Shown in pieces: positions 25,545 to 37,900 of a DNA stretch of 64,000 bases. The stretch covers positions 15,128,001 through 15,192,000 of the forward strand of contig NC_135882.1 of the NCBI RefSeq assembly GCF_964194155.1, written 5' to 3'. Made by a program: the position numbers and the translations under genes. This stretch comes from Cetorhinus maximus. Lineage: Eukaryota. Within the stretch, counting starts at the first letter, position 1, and the number at the start of each line of letters is the position of its first letter. The notes beneath the pieces were generated by a model. The model saw nothing but the letters and a program-made list of their open reading frames with translations. It was not told the DNA's origin and did no database searches.

Positions 25545-26879
25545 GTTCCTCTCCGCAGATGCTGTCGGACCTGCTGAGTTTTTCCAGGTATTTTTGTTTT
25601 TGTTTTGGATTTCCAGCATCCGCAGTTTTTTGCTTTTATCTTAAAGTTGTGACCTGTCTTCTTGGATCAGGTTGGTCACCCATCGTACTTCTGGTGTTAG
25701 TTAAAGCCTGAAATGGGAAGGTTGGAAGCAGGATTGGGTCCGGATACAGATTTTTCTGACTACCTCTTTTAGCTGCCTCCCAAACCTATGCATTTTTAAA
25801 AGTTAGAATTCTGTCCTAAATCTCTATGATCCCTTCAAGGAGCTTTTCTATAACTGAATGCATCTATAAGTTCCTCATGCTGGCTTATTTCCCTTTTTTA
25901 AATATTAGCACCATATTAGCCTCTCACCAGCCCACTAGAACAATCCCGGATTCCATTAAGCTGTTAAATATGAGAGTAAGAAATTTACAGATCACAGCTC
26001 CCATTTCTTTATGTTCTGTTGGGTAAATGCTGTCCAATAACCCAATCTGTTTTAATATCCTTTAATCTCACCACAATGTATATGCAGATACTATGCTGCA
26101 AAATGGGTAACTTAGCAACATCTTCTCTAGTGAACACCAGCGCAATGTAGCCATTTGCAGCCTTCGCTTGGGAATTCTCACAAATCTGCCCTAAAAAATC
26201 CTTTCATAGCCCAATTCAGTCTTTGATGAGCCTCTAACTCCTAACATAGCAGAAAAGGTTGCTGCCACAACTATTCACAATTCTCTCCTCCTTTGTGCTG
26301 CTCAAACAAAATATTTTGTTGCTCTACCCCTGTTTTCATAAGAGCTAATTTCCTTAAGCCTTCAAAAATACGCCTGCTTGGCCCCATCTTGTCTCTAAAC
26401 ATCACATAGAATTGCACAGAATGTATAGTCCAGACGCTGGCCATTTGGTCCAACTGGGCCATGATGGTGTCTATGCTCCACACATAACCTACTAGTCAGT
26501 TTGACTTTGTTTTGTCCTTCTTTCAACTCTACCGATATATGTGCTTCCTTTGCATAAGGATGGTTTTGAAGGCATTCCACGTTTCCTCTGTGCAGCTAAT
26601 GTTTTCACAAAGTGGGACCCCCTAATCAATTTAGTCCAAGTCAATTGTCATCTTCACAAGCCTATTGCTCTTAAAATCTGCTATTAACATTCAATTTTAG
26701 TTTAGCTCATTCCCATAATATTGTGGTCACTGTTTCCATGACTTTGTTAGCCTTTGCTTGATTCTAAGTCTAGCATGTATCTAGTGCACTGGCCTGCAAT
26801 GGGTGTACAGTAGGCTTCAATAATTGACAATATAATTGGTTATGCCTGACGCACATCATAGGTACAAGGGCCAAACACT

Positions 26880-27140
26880 ACACTATTACCAGGCCAGAGG
26901 CTGGGAATTTTGTGGCGAGTAACTCACCTCCGGACTCCCCAAAGCCTGTCTTGGAACTATATCGCTGTCCCTTCACTGTCACTGGGACAAAATGCTGGAA
27001 CTTCCTTCCTGAGAGCACTGTGGGTGTACTTACACCACATGGACTGCAGAAGGCAGCTCACCACCACAAGGGCAATTAGGGATGGGCAATAAATGCTGCC
27101 CTATCCAGTGACGCTGACATCCTGCGAAAGAATTGTTAAA
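26880..27140 (+). mobile_element. APE-RT LINE 3' fragment, internally deleted
   Basis: ggccagaggctgggaatt...ctcacctcc joined to ttggaactatatcgct..., ending in the tail gggcaattagggatgggcaataaatgctg. Confidence 0.75.
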
Positions 27141-27825
27141 ATAAAAACCTCCTGGTACACTCTGCAGTTACCATTATTCTGGCAACAACTCGCTTACCAA
27201 GCCTAATGTTCGTCTTCAATGCTGTAGCATTCACCGACCACTTCCTCCACAGAGATATTTGGTGGGAAATGGGGATAATGAGTCCATCCTTCCAATATCA
27301 ATTCTTAATCCATAACAGTGCAGGTGTTCCAACAATAAATTCCAAGCTTTAGTTATTATATTTTGAAAACAAACATTTTACAGATTTCCCCACCACCTCT
27401 GTCTCCCTCGGTTGCCAGCAGCTTTATTGGTTTTTCAGCGTCTGTATTTTGACTGCTTGCTCTAAGATTACAGTAGCTCAGCAATTTACTGAGTAAAAGT
27501 GATTATTTACTCCAAATCTAATGAGGCACTTTCTTCACCTGCTGGGAAAATGATGAGAGTGACTCACTGTCACTTTCAATTATGAATCCCTTCATGAATT
27601 CATGAGTAGCAGCCTTAATCTCCTAGAGCAGTTGCTCGTTGTTATGTGATATGATGAGCATAATATGAATATTGTTCAGGACAAATAATACTAAAAGGTG
27701 TCTCTACCATGCCGATGGCTACAACATCAAGGCACTGAAACAAACCTGCAGTTTATCAACATTACACCATTGGGGTATTAAGACAGGTCTGTACCATACC
27801 AACATTACTTCATCGTGACACTGAA

Positions 27826-28220
27826 GGAATCACAGAATCATTACAGTGCAGAAGGAGGCCATTTGGCCCATTGAGTCTGCACTGGCTCTCTGAAAGAGTA
27901 TTCCATCTAGTCGCACTCCCCTGCTTTATCCCCATAATCTTGCACTTTATTTATTTTCAGATTGCAATCCAGCTCCCTTTTGAACACCTCGATCGAACCT
28001 GCCTCAACCACACTTTCAGGAATTTCGTTCCAGACTCCAACCACACTCTGGATGAAAAAAATTTTCCTCACGTCATATTTGCCCTCCTTTCACAAATTAT
28101 TTTGAATCTGTGCCCTCTAGTCCTTGATGCTGTCTAGTTTCTCACTATTTACCCTGTCCATACCCCTCAGGATTTTGAATACCTCTATCAAGTCTCCTCT
28201 CAGCCACCTTTTCTCCACTG
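27826..28220 (-). mobile_element. CR1-type LINE 3' end fragment
   Basis: gaatcacagaatcattacagtgcagaaggaggccatttggccc, the reverse complement of the CR1 tail, plus ORF2 end sequence. Confidence 0.75.
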
Positions 28221-28291
28221 TACATACAAGATCAATACTGAACCATGTTTGAACCATGCCAGTGCTAAACCATGAGGACACTGAAATAAAA

Positions 28292-28854
28292 TGGTCAATT
28301 TTAACCTCTGAGGGGATGATAGAAAAGGGTTATTGGTCAGCGTTACAAAGGGAGATGGAAAAATGAAGAGCTGTACTCACTCTTTCTGTCCTTGTCAGGT
28401 CATTAGAATAGTTACTGCATTGAACCCAGGCCTGGTGAATACCAACCTTTGGAATCTTCTTGCCAATCACGGGAAAGGTTATGATCGTCCTCACACTCAT
28501 CTTAACACCGCCATAGAAGGCTCAAGGAACCAGGGCTTTTTTTCAGACGTATGCAGAAAATCTCTTGCGCAATCACACCAAACAAACTGCCAGAGGGACA
28601 CATAAACTTCCTGTTAGAGGTACATTTCTGCTTCAAACAGATGTCTATAGCCCAGCAGGAAAAGTGCGCTCAGGAAAAATGAGGGCTTCTCCTTCCCGGA
28701 GCAATCCGATGGAAAACCCACCAGCCAGATGTTAATGAGGGCCAGGGGATAAAATATCCCAGGCCTGAGATTGAGGCCAGTGGGTATATTTTATGCTCAC
28801 ACCACCCTACCTCACTCAGCCTGCCAAAAACCTGCTCCAAGTTAAAATTGACCC
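28292..28854. mobile_element. Candidate MITE
   Basis: 13-bp perfect inverted pair ggtcaattttaac / gttaaaattgacc about 560 bp apart. Confidence 0.4.
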
Positions 28855-28929
28855 ATTTGTTCCAACCTCTCATCATTATGCTGCAAGAGAACAGAGATCA
28901 TAATGACATTTGTAAATGACAATGCTATC

Positions 28930-30097
28930 TTTTTTTAATTCTTTCATGGGATATGGGCATTGCTGGCAAGGCCAGCATTTGTTGCCCATCCCCAATTACT
29001 CTTAAGAGGGTGGTAGTGAGCCTCCTTCTTGAACCGCTGCAGTCTATGTGGTGTAGGTACACCCATGGCGCTGTTAGGGAGGGAGTTCCAGGATTTTGAC
29101 CCAGCGACAGTGAAGGAACGGTGATATATTTCCAAAGCAGGATGGTGTTTGGCTCAGAGGGGAACTTCCAGGTGGTGGTGTTCCGCTTGCATCTGCTGCC
29201 CTTACCCTTTTAGGTGGTAGAGGTTGTGGGTTTGGAAGGCGATGTGGAAGGATCCTTGGTGAGTTCCTGCTGTGCATCTTGTAGATGGTATACACTGCAG
29301 CCACTGTGCGTCAGCAGTAGAGGGAGTGAATGTTTGTGGATGGGGTGCTAATCATGTAGGCTGCTTTGTCCTGGATAGTGTCAAGCTTCTTGAGTGTTTT
29401 TGGAGCTGCACTCATCCAGGCAAGTGGGGAGTATTCCATCACACTGTGCCTTGTGGATGGTGGTCAAGCTGTGGGGGGGGTGGGGTCAGGAGATGAGTTA
29501 CTCTCTACTGAATTCCCAGCCTCTGACCTGCTCTTGTAGTCACAATATTTATATGGTTGGTCCAGTTCAGTTTCTGGTCAATGGTAACCCCCAGGATGTT
29601 GATAGTCAGGAGCTAGGGTGGGGGACCAAAACATCATCACCCTCACACAAGCAGAGTAGCACACTCTGGAGGTCAGTGGCCTAGGCAGAGCCAAGAGCAT
29701 GAGTCAAGGAAAGGCTGATGCTAAGCCAGAGCTAGTGACCCTATGCTCACCTCAGCATGAATGCAGCAAGCTGCATTACTTCAAGCTTAATTTCTCAAGG
29801 CTATCACCTGTAAATTTCAGTTTCCTATCCCCATCTGAATTTGTATCCCTCTTTTGTTTCCTCTTGCCCTTCACAGCAGCAAGAGCTTCTTGACCTGCTC
29901 TTATAGCCACAGTATTTATATGACTAGTCCAGCTCAGTTTCTGGTCAGTGGTAACCCCAGGATGTTGATAGTGGGGGATTCAGTGATGGTAATGCCATTG
30001 AATATCAAGGGGCGATGCTACGATTCTCGCTTAATGGAGATGGTCATTGCCTGGCACTTGTGTTGCAAGAATGTTACTTGCCACTTATCAGCCCAAG
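28930..30097 (-). mobile_element. APE-RT LINE 3' fragments (28930-29606 and 29890-30097)
   Basis: Tail ttcatgggatatgggcattgctggcaaggccagc; peptides AAVYTIYKMH and FTVAGSKSWNSLPNS. Confidence 0.8.
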
Positions 30098-30179
30098 CAC
30101 CATTCTTTGAAAACATACCTTGATGCTGTGATTACAATACCTTCCCCTATTGCAGTCAAAATAGTAGGCAAAATAAATG

Positions 30180-31050
30180 CCATGTGCAGCAAGTGATTTC
30201 TGCTGCTATCATATTGTGGGTGTTGGTGTACAGAAGAACTCTGGACATGCACACAGAGGAGCCTGTTGTATTAGCAGGTCTGCCACAGAGCCAGTTGTCA
30301 GTATTTAGGAGCACGGAGGGGTCTGGTTCAAAATTGGCAGAGGGCTTTGCACAGAGATTGGAGCCCATCCTTTCCAGCCTGAAAACGGAGACAGTTCTTC
30401 CGTGATGCAGCATCTGGTGGCTGCTGTCTCAGCTTCCATTGCAGCACAGGTGGAAGCCATTCAACATCTCAGTGCTGCAGAGGGAGGTCAGGCTGAGATC
30501 ATGAGATCTTCATTTGTTGCCATGCAAGCCCAGCTTGGTGCCATGTAGGTTCAGGCTGCTGCTATCATAGCTGCAGATACCAATGCTCAAATGGGCATGC
30601 AATCTGTCCTCCAGCAGATTATTAGGATTGCTGAAGAGCTGCTGTGGAGAATGGCAGTGACTATGTGATGCATGAACCTGCTGTCCTCTCTTAGGATGAC
30701 AGCCTTCATCCTCCCACAACTGCCAATCTGCCAGTTCCCTTGGAGTTGCCTTTGCGGTCAAAATCTGGGTCATCAAGACCCAAAGTTGCTTGAGATCATC
30801 CTGCAAAGCTATCTGCAGCCTTCCCCATTGAAAATGAACAGCCTTTCACCAGTCATACTTCAGACACTAGGCTATTGTACTATGTAGGAGTGCCAGAAGA
30901 GGCAAAGACACTCTGAAGACAGACACAAAGGGAATGCACATGGATAAATAGTTCATTTTTATGTATTATTGGAAGTTTTGTTGGACTAAGCTGTTATGGA
31001 ATGTTTTTTGGGTGTGCCTTTTATTTTAGAGCTTTGGGCAAGAGGATGCT
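30180..31050 (+). mobile_element. Degenerate Harbinger Myb-gene last-exon remnant
   Basis: YRRTLDMHTE..LAGLPQS..SVFRSTEGSGS.LA.G aligns with the 12313 peptide of the Harbinger remnant at 11210. Confidence 0.5.
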
Positions 31051-31059
31051 TTGATGCTT

Positions 31060-32746
31060 CTGTCCTTGGTTTGAACTGAAATACTCAACATTCGGTATTG
31101 GTTCACCTCAGAAGTTTGTTTGTTCTGATCTCAAACAGTTTGGTTCATTGAAGACTTTAGTTTATTGTTTATTGTGTATATACTCAGCTTGAATTTTGTT
31201 TCAAATTTTTCAATATAACTTTGATGCAAACATTTTCTAACTTAATTTCATTTTCCTTTTGCAGGGTTTGTGTATTTTGCACTTCATCAGATAGCTTCCC
31301 TTCATTCCCTGTCAGCTGCTCGCTTTGCACTGCCACCTTCTGTTGCAGTTTGGGTAATGTGCCAGGGTTTCCAAAAAGATACATTTTTCAGACTTCCAGA
31401 AAGTTCTTTGCCTTTCTGGCACCCTTGTGTACTTTACTTTGGTAATGTCTTTTGCCCTTTTGTAGCTTTACTGGGAGCTTCCTTTGCCTCTTTTTAAGCT
31501 CAGTGCGTTCTACAACTTGAAGATTAAAATATTTGTCATAGGTTTTTAATATTTAATCAAAACTGGTTGGGGTCTCATCAATGCCTTGCATCAGGATTAC
31601 TTCATCTGCAAGTTCACTAAACCAGTATAACCTGGACTTTTTCTGACTTTCTATTTCGACCAGGTGTGCTCCCATAGTTTAGAAATTCTCTTCTCAAGGA
31701 TGCCAAATTTTCTGTTAGGCTTGGCCCTTGGATAAGCCCAGAGGAATTCTGATCGATGGATAAAAATTTAAAAGCGTAGGTTCTGCTTTAAGAGCTTTCT
31801 GAATTTCAAGATGGTGTCACCAGTCACCTGAAGACAAAGGAGTTTCCTGCGCTGGCTGGTTTTGGCGGGCTCCACTACAATGGCGATCGCACTTAGCCTT
31901 GACAAAGTTCGAAACAACGTCTGCCTGGATTGACTGCCTGCAGTGTTTTCTTGCTCAGCGGTTCACTTAAAGTTACAAATTTGTTGAATCATGGCTTTTG
32001 CTTGCTCTCAGCTAAGTCTGTGATTCTCCCGGATTATTTTATTAACTGTTTTTTCTGCCTCAGAGCGCTTTCGGACGCCACGTATTCAAGCACCGACTCA
32101 AGGATCTGGCTTGTCCAGCGGAGTTTTTAAACTGCAATTTCTGACCACTGAACTATTTATAAGTTTCTCAGGACTTGCTTTATCCTGGAATTTAAACGTT
32201 TTAGCTCAGCCCTGCTTGGACAGCTGACCCTGCACTCTGGGATTTGAAGCTGGGCTTCCAAAAGATATGCAATGGAGTGCTCTGCTGCAGTAAAGAATTT
32301 TAAAATCTCTGCCTTCAGCTTCCAAGCCTTTCTTTAGAGCTTTCTCCTGGCGACTTTTCCTCTGCGCCTCTGCTTCTGGAGTTTCTTTTCAGGTCAGACT
32401 GCTTTGCTGAACTTTTTCTCAGTCTTCCAGCATTTTCGTTTTTCTCTGCATTTTCTGCAGGGTCCTGAGCTTTTCCACAAGCTGGCACCATGTTGTAGGG
32501 TGTTGGGTACAGTTCGGTAGGCCTGAAGAAGTCTTTGTAGTCATGCATAGTTTTACTGTAAGTATTTAGAACTGTTTACAAATGTAGAGGAAAGGGTGCA
32601 ATCTAGGAGCTGTCCCCATGCTTGCTTCTACACATGGCTCTGTCCAACACTAGACTGACCCTGGGTACGGGTCATGTGCTTTCTTACATCACTGTATGGG
32701 TGGTACTCAGCCCCACATTAACCCTATATGTGCCCGGCCCTTATAC
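31060..32746 (-). mobile_element. LTR retroelement fragment (LTR ~32491-32746, PBS, leader) related to the Gypsy element at 54139
   Basis: Shared LTR block ctagactgaccctgg...gtcatgtg...ttacatcactgt. PBS TGGTGCCAGC (rc of 32481-32490). Leader gtttctcaggact...cctggaatttaaa matches 61830-61865. Confidence 0.7.
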
Positions 32747-32967
32747 TTAAAGAGTCTGAAAGCATTTAAAATGAGCTGGAAACCTTGCATTCCTTGGAAA
32801 GAAGATACATGAATATGTATCATTTGGCACAATTTTCTATAACAATGTAAGTTTTCTGCTGAATGATACAAACACTGCATTTACAATGTTTGTAAACAGC
32901 TGGACAGAATCCCAGAGGCTCCCAAGAATCATCTGCCAGGTGGGTGGCAGAGACCAAAAAAACATTA

Positions 32968-33134
32968 ATACAAAATCAAAACACTGTGGATGCTGAAGAG
33001 CTGAAATAGAAACAAAAAAAAAATACTGGAAATACTCAGCAGGTCAGGCAACAACTGTGGAGAAAGAAATAGATTTAACGTTTCAGGTCAATGACCTTTC
33101 ATCATGATGTAAGGTCATCAGCCTGATATGTTAA
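32968..33134 (-). mobile_element. Penelope pseudo-LTR fragment with hammerhead motif and an inverted partial copy
   Basis: Reverse complement matches 25505-25640 (tgatgaaaggtcattgacctgaaacgttaa...ctccacag...ctgctgagtatttccag). Confidence 0.7.
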
Positions 33135-33704
33135 TACAGAGACAAAATCTAGCTGAAGTTCAATATCTCTTAGGATACTATAGAATATAGGTACTTTGAT
33201 GGTCCAAAATGCCATTTCTAGTCCTGGATGTTTCTTATGTTGTGAAACCAAAAGAGGCAAGAAATTGGGCTCGTTAGTGCCTATCTTTTGATGAGGACAT
33301 TAGCTTGGGGCAGGGACTGCGTGTTGGAAGTAGGCAGAACAGAGACTCCACCCCTTCAATGTCCAGTCTGTGTGACTGTTAGCAGTGAGTCATGCAGACG
33401 AGTCAGTATGCCATGATGATTTGATGCCTACTGTGCCATTTTGGAAATCAACACTCCAGCTAACGCCCTCTCGTAACCTTGCACAACATGTGTTTAGCAG
33501 CAGGAAGGGCCCCCGCCAATGCTATTTAAAGAGGTCATGAACTACCTATAGGTTAGCTGCTGGTTAATTTCTTCTGGCCTTTGCTACAATTCTACATATG
33601 TTTGGCTCTTCAAGTTGTAAAAGTTTACAGAGTGTGATGTGATAGGCACTGAACAACTTGGTGCTGCCTTCAAGGCTTCTGCACACGCCAGTAGGTCCCA
33701 GAGG

Positions 33705-34452
33705 TGGGTGCACCAGTAGGCGTTTCTCTCAGAGTACAGCATGACGTACAGAATGAACAGAGGCCATGCAGAGCGGGACAAGCTGCTGGAAGAGGGGGGG
33801 AGCAAGAGGAGGTGGAGCAAGGCTCTCAGCAGGAGGTCACATCCATCCAGGGTGTTTAGTAAGTAGTTCTCCTACCTGAACCTCGGTGAGGAACAATATT
33901 TGGGATGTCTACAGTTCAGTAAAAACGCATCTCACTGAAATCTGCCAACGGCTGCAGCCATAACTCTGACCTCAGAAGAGGGCAAGGAGAGCATTGCCAA
34001 TGGCAGTGAAGGTGAATGTGGCAGTGAAGTTTTAAGCAGTTCTTAAGGCTACAGCTGGAGATATTTGCACCATCTTGCCACCCACTGTTGCATAAGGGAG
34101 GTCACTGTGGCTCCCAATTCAATGAGGGTGAACTACATTTTGTTCTGTATTGACAGAGACAAGCAGGCAGAATGAGCGTGTGATTTTGTTAGGATTTTAG
34201 ATTTCCGTATGATGCAGGGTATCACTGACTACACGCACATTGCCTTGTGTGTGCTGTATGCCAACTGTGTCCTATACTAGATCCAAAAGAGATTCCACTC
34301 CTTCAACATCCAGCTACTAGGTGACCATAGACAGTGAATCATCCAGGTGAACGCCTGGTATCTTGTCAGCAGTCATCATGCCTTCATTCTACACAATTCC
34401 GCTGTGCCAGCCACATTTGAGACATCACGGCAAACCCAAGGATGGCCACTTG
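33705..34452 (+). pseudogene. Harbinger DDE transposase remnant
   Basis: Motifs LPMAVKV, CIREVT, MQGITDYTHIAL, RFHSFNIQL, SSHHAFIL, GW; many disablements. Confidence 0.75.
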
Positions 34453-34509
34453 TTAATTAAGAACCACTTTCGGGGGCGTTCCAATTTATCGCCACAAATT
34501 AAATTGCAT

Positions 34510-35212
34510 GGCCAGAATTTTACGTTGACTGGGCAGGCGCATGTCCGACCCGAACGTACGTGAAATTGCAGGAAATGGCGTCCCGTCGTTATTGCGCACG
34601 TGAGCAACATTGAGGTCACCGGGCATGCACAGGAGTCGGAGCCGCGCCAGACGACAACTAATGGGCCAATTAAGGCCACTAAAAACCCTATTGTCCATGA
34701 TTTTATATTGCCGTGCAATTTTGCACTCATCGTACGGGCAAAATGGGCAGGCGGGCAGCCCGTTTTTAATGAAACCTCATCCAAGGGTGGGATGAAATGT
34801 CCGGGATGAAGTATAATAAAAAATCAATATCTGGGGACTGATGTTTTTTTGAGCTCTGCTGTCAGGTGCTTGGATGTGCTGCATAGACACAGTTTGGTGC
34901 ATTTCTTTCCTTGTTGTTTAACCTGTCCAGGCCTGCAGCTCCCTGAGGCAGCTCCACAGCAGCTGTCTGCCTTCAGGGAGCTCGCTAGAGGTGTCTACCT
35001 GCGCCCTCCCTTTTTTTTATCAGCGCCCGCCCTCTTCCGGCCAGCCTCGGCAGCGCTGAGGTTTTCTCAGCGTGCCGTTTCATGCTGGCTTGCTATTAAT
35101 TGGACAGCCAGAGTGAAATTGCATTTGGGGGCTGATCGCAGGCGGAAGCACATTCCGCTTCCGCTTCCGGGCCGGCCGACTTGGCGCACGCACCAAGTGT
35201 GAAATTCATGCC
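34510..35212 (+). mobile_element. Harbinger-type MITE, copy 4
   Basis: TIRs ggccagaatttt / gaaattcatgcc and TSD CAT (34507-34509, 35213-35215). Confidence 0.8.
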
Positions 35213-35858
35213 CATAGTTTATGAGCACCATTTGAACTCTCAGACTATTTAATACCTTTTAACTGACCCTTGCTACAAACATAGACACAAACATACAGGC
35301 ACAGGAATACCCAAGTGGAGGAATACAGGAGCAAACACACAGGGCTGAATTTTTCCATGGACTTTGGGACCCTGACATTGGGGCCAAATAGGGATCCCAA
35401 GCTCTCACTTGCTGGGGTTGAGACCAATGCAAGGATATTCCTGGAGGCAACCTCCTAATTGGCCAATTAAGGATGGAGAGCAGGCCCCCAATGCTGTTGG
35501 CCCAATCAGAGAGGGTGCAGCTCTAAAGCCTCAGCGGCCTCATCAGGAAAGGAGGGTGCTGCTGAGGCAGGTAGGAGATGAAGAGACTGCCTTAAAATAG
35601 AGGAATCCTTTGAGGATACAAGTAATTAAGTATTTTTGAGGGGCCAAGAGAAGTCCTCCTGGACTGCCACCTGGAGGCTCCCTCTGTTAAGGTGGAAGCC
35701 GCAATGGTGGCTTTTCATGACGTATCATCCCAAACCCGTTGCATTAACCTGTCCTCATCCCGTCCATGGGACCACCCACTACCCACACAGGTCAGGCATA
35801 CTTATCATCTGGCCTAGCAGGTGTCCTGCTTATACTCTCTCCATCTCTATCCATACAG

Positions 35859-37045
35859 GCCAACTGGCACACAACAAGAGGGAGGAGTCGCAGACTGGTG
35901 GACGAATGCCTGAAATGAAGGTCTTCACGGACTTTGAAAAGCGAACCATCCAGCTGGCCAGTGAGGACCTGGACCGTTCCCGTGCTGACGGTGAGATTGG
36001 TGGTGCTCCACCAAGTGAGGGTCCAGCAGTGCAACATCCAACAGACAACCATGCCGTGAGTGATGTATTCTATTTCACAGGCCACTGCCATGAACTAATT
36101 ATCTCTCTTTGCTTTCGCAGGCACATCTGGGAAACAGCCAACAGAGTCTACGACCCAGGGCCTCCAATTAAACCCTGAGGGAAGCTCAGAAGAGGAATCC
36201 ACTTAAACCCACACTCTCCACCAGTGCAGAGACACACACCTCGGTGGGACCTAGCTTTAGAGTAGCCTCAGGACCATGATCCGGTGAGCACATCGCACTG
36301 TCTGACCCACAGCAGGCGGCAGCAGGGACTTCCCAGGAGGCCAGAAATTTGCTGAGCTCGAGTCAGATGAGAAGCCTCTGGATTCGGCCACGTCACAGTT
36401 GCTGGAGCTGCAAGGGCAAGCTCGGGAACATCGGGAAGGCATGTTTGCTGCACTCCACAGATTGCAAGGCACAATGGAGGAATCCGTCCACCTTCAGGCT
36501 GAGGTGATAGCGCCGGCATGCTAATGCCACGAGGTCAATACTGGTAGGATGGCAGCTGCCATCGAGACCTTGGTCCAGGACGTTGCTCCTGCACTGCTGC
36601 GTGGACCAAACTCCATTGCCGATGCCATTGTTGGCCTCCAACAGTGTGTACGCGAGAGGGGTGTTGGGCAGCTCGATCTCACTCCAGCTACCCCTTCTCC
36701 TCAAGGAGTCAGCCTGGGGCCCTTGGGCACCCACAGGGAGGAGGATCAGCAGGCTTACCCCTCTGGGGCCATCCATCCAGGTGGCTCCGGGAGTCTCCGG
36801 TCCCTCTGACTTCCTCTTCCTGCGACCTCAGCAGCTCTAGCTCCACAGGCCAAGGAGGGTGCCACTGCCGCATAGCAGGACCCAAAAGTAGGCCGGGGTC
36901 CTCCAGGGCTCGGCCCTCCAGAGGACGCCCGTCAAGGTCATTGCAGACAGGGCATAGCAGTCAGCAGGCTGCCTCCACCTCCACTGTGGATGTCCGGGGA
37001 GCACTAAGATGTAGCGGCAGGGTTAGGAACGTTAAGAGGATGTAA
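35859..37045 (+). pseudogene. Harbinger Myb/SANT-like gene, exons 35859-36014 and 36121-37045
   Basis: ccatacag|..LAHNKREESQTGGRMPEMKVFTDFEKRTIQL..|gtgag; acceptor tttcgcag at 36120; basic C-terminus SGRVRNVKRM*. Confidence 0.7.
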
Positions 37046-37106
37046 GTCTTTCGAGTTATCAACAGATCGCATGTAACTCTTTCGAGTACATTCACAGTTC
37101 TTGGTT

Positions 37107-37182
37107 TCCGGGAGTGGAACATGAACCCACAACCTTCTGATTCAAAGGCGATGGTGCTATGAACTGAGCCACAGCTGACACC
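37107..37182 (-). mobile_element. tRNA-like head fragment of a second SINE family
   Basis: Reverse complement gtgtcagctgtggctcagttcatagcacc...gaaggttgtgggttcatgttccactcc contains A and B boxes. Confidence 0.65.
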
Positions 37183-37900
37183 TCTAGTTGCACAGTCTGT
37201 GCACGGATGTTAATCACTTGTACATAATGTTCACTATTGTCAATAAATTCCCAAGAATGTCTCCCTGCCTATGGCTCCTTGTTCTGATGAGCAGTGTTCA
37301 TGTCACTTAGATATGAAACTTTTCTGCACAAGATAAAGGCAGGTGTCTCAGTCCAGGGCCTCTTCACTTTGGTCTGAAGGCTGCACAAAGCACAAAGGTG
37401 GTCTGGCCTCCCACTCCCTGGACATATTAATGATACCTGCATCTTGATGGTGCTGGTCATTGCTGCCAGAATGTCATGGGCAGGTGTCACAGAGTTCCGT
37501 CATTTTCTCTGTGTGCTCCCAGCACCTTTAAGGTGGGGCTGGCCCCCATCTCTTCAAAATCTGTGACCAGTGACACTGTGCTCCTGAAGGGGTCAAGTGC
37601 TGAAGGCGGGCAAAGGATCAGATGCTTTTAAAGTTTCATGGCTGTGTCTCCATGATATGACCCTGATCATGGAGCGCAAGCGAGCTGCCCTCAGCCAGAC
37701 AGGAGTCAAACATTCTCAGAGGCTATGTGAAGATCTATGGAGTGTCCTCACTGCAAGTCGCCATCATGCAATCAAACAACCATTAGGGTCTCCACTGCCT
37801 CTCCATGACAGGAGCATTATCACAGAGGGTATGTGCTCTGCCATTAGCCAGACTGAAGTCAAACATTCATAGATTCAATCTGAGGATTTATGGTGTCTCC

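Larger units (their letters stand above)
23513..25640 (+). mobile_element. 5'-truncated Penelope-like element (RT + GIY-YIG endonuclease + pseudo-LTR)
   Basis: YLLPKIHK, FTMDIQSLYTSIPH, GVAMGTRMG, LRYIDD, FLDLSV, then VYCIRC..C...YIGETKR. 15-bp TSD ttaaagttgtgacct at 23498-23512 and 25641-25655. Confidence 0.95.
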
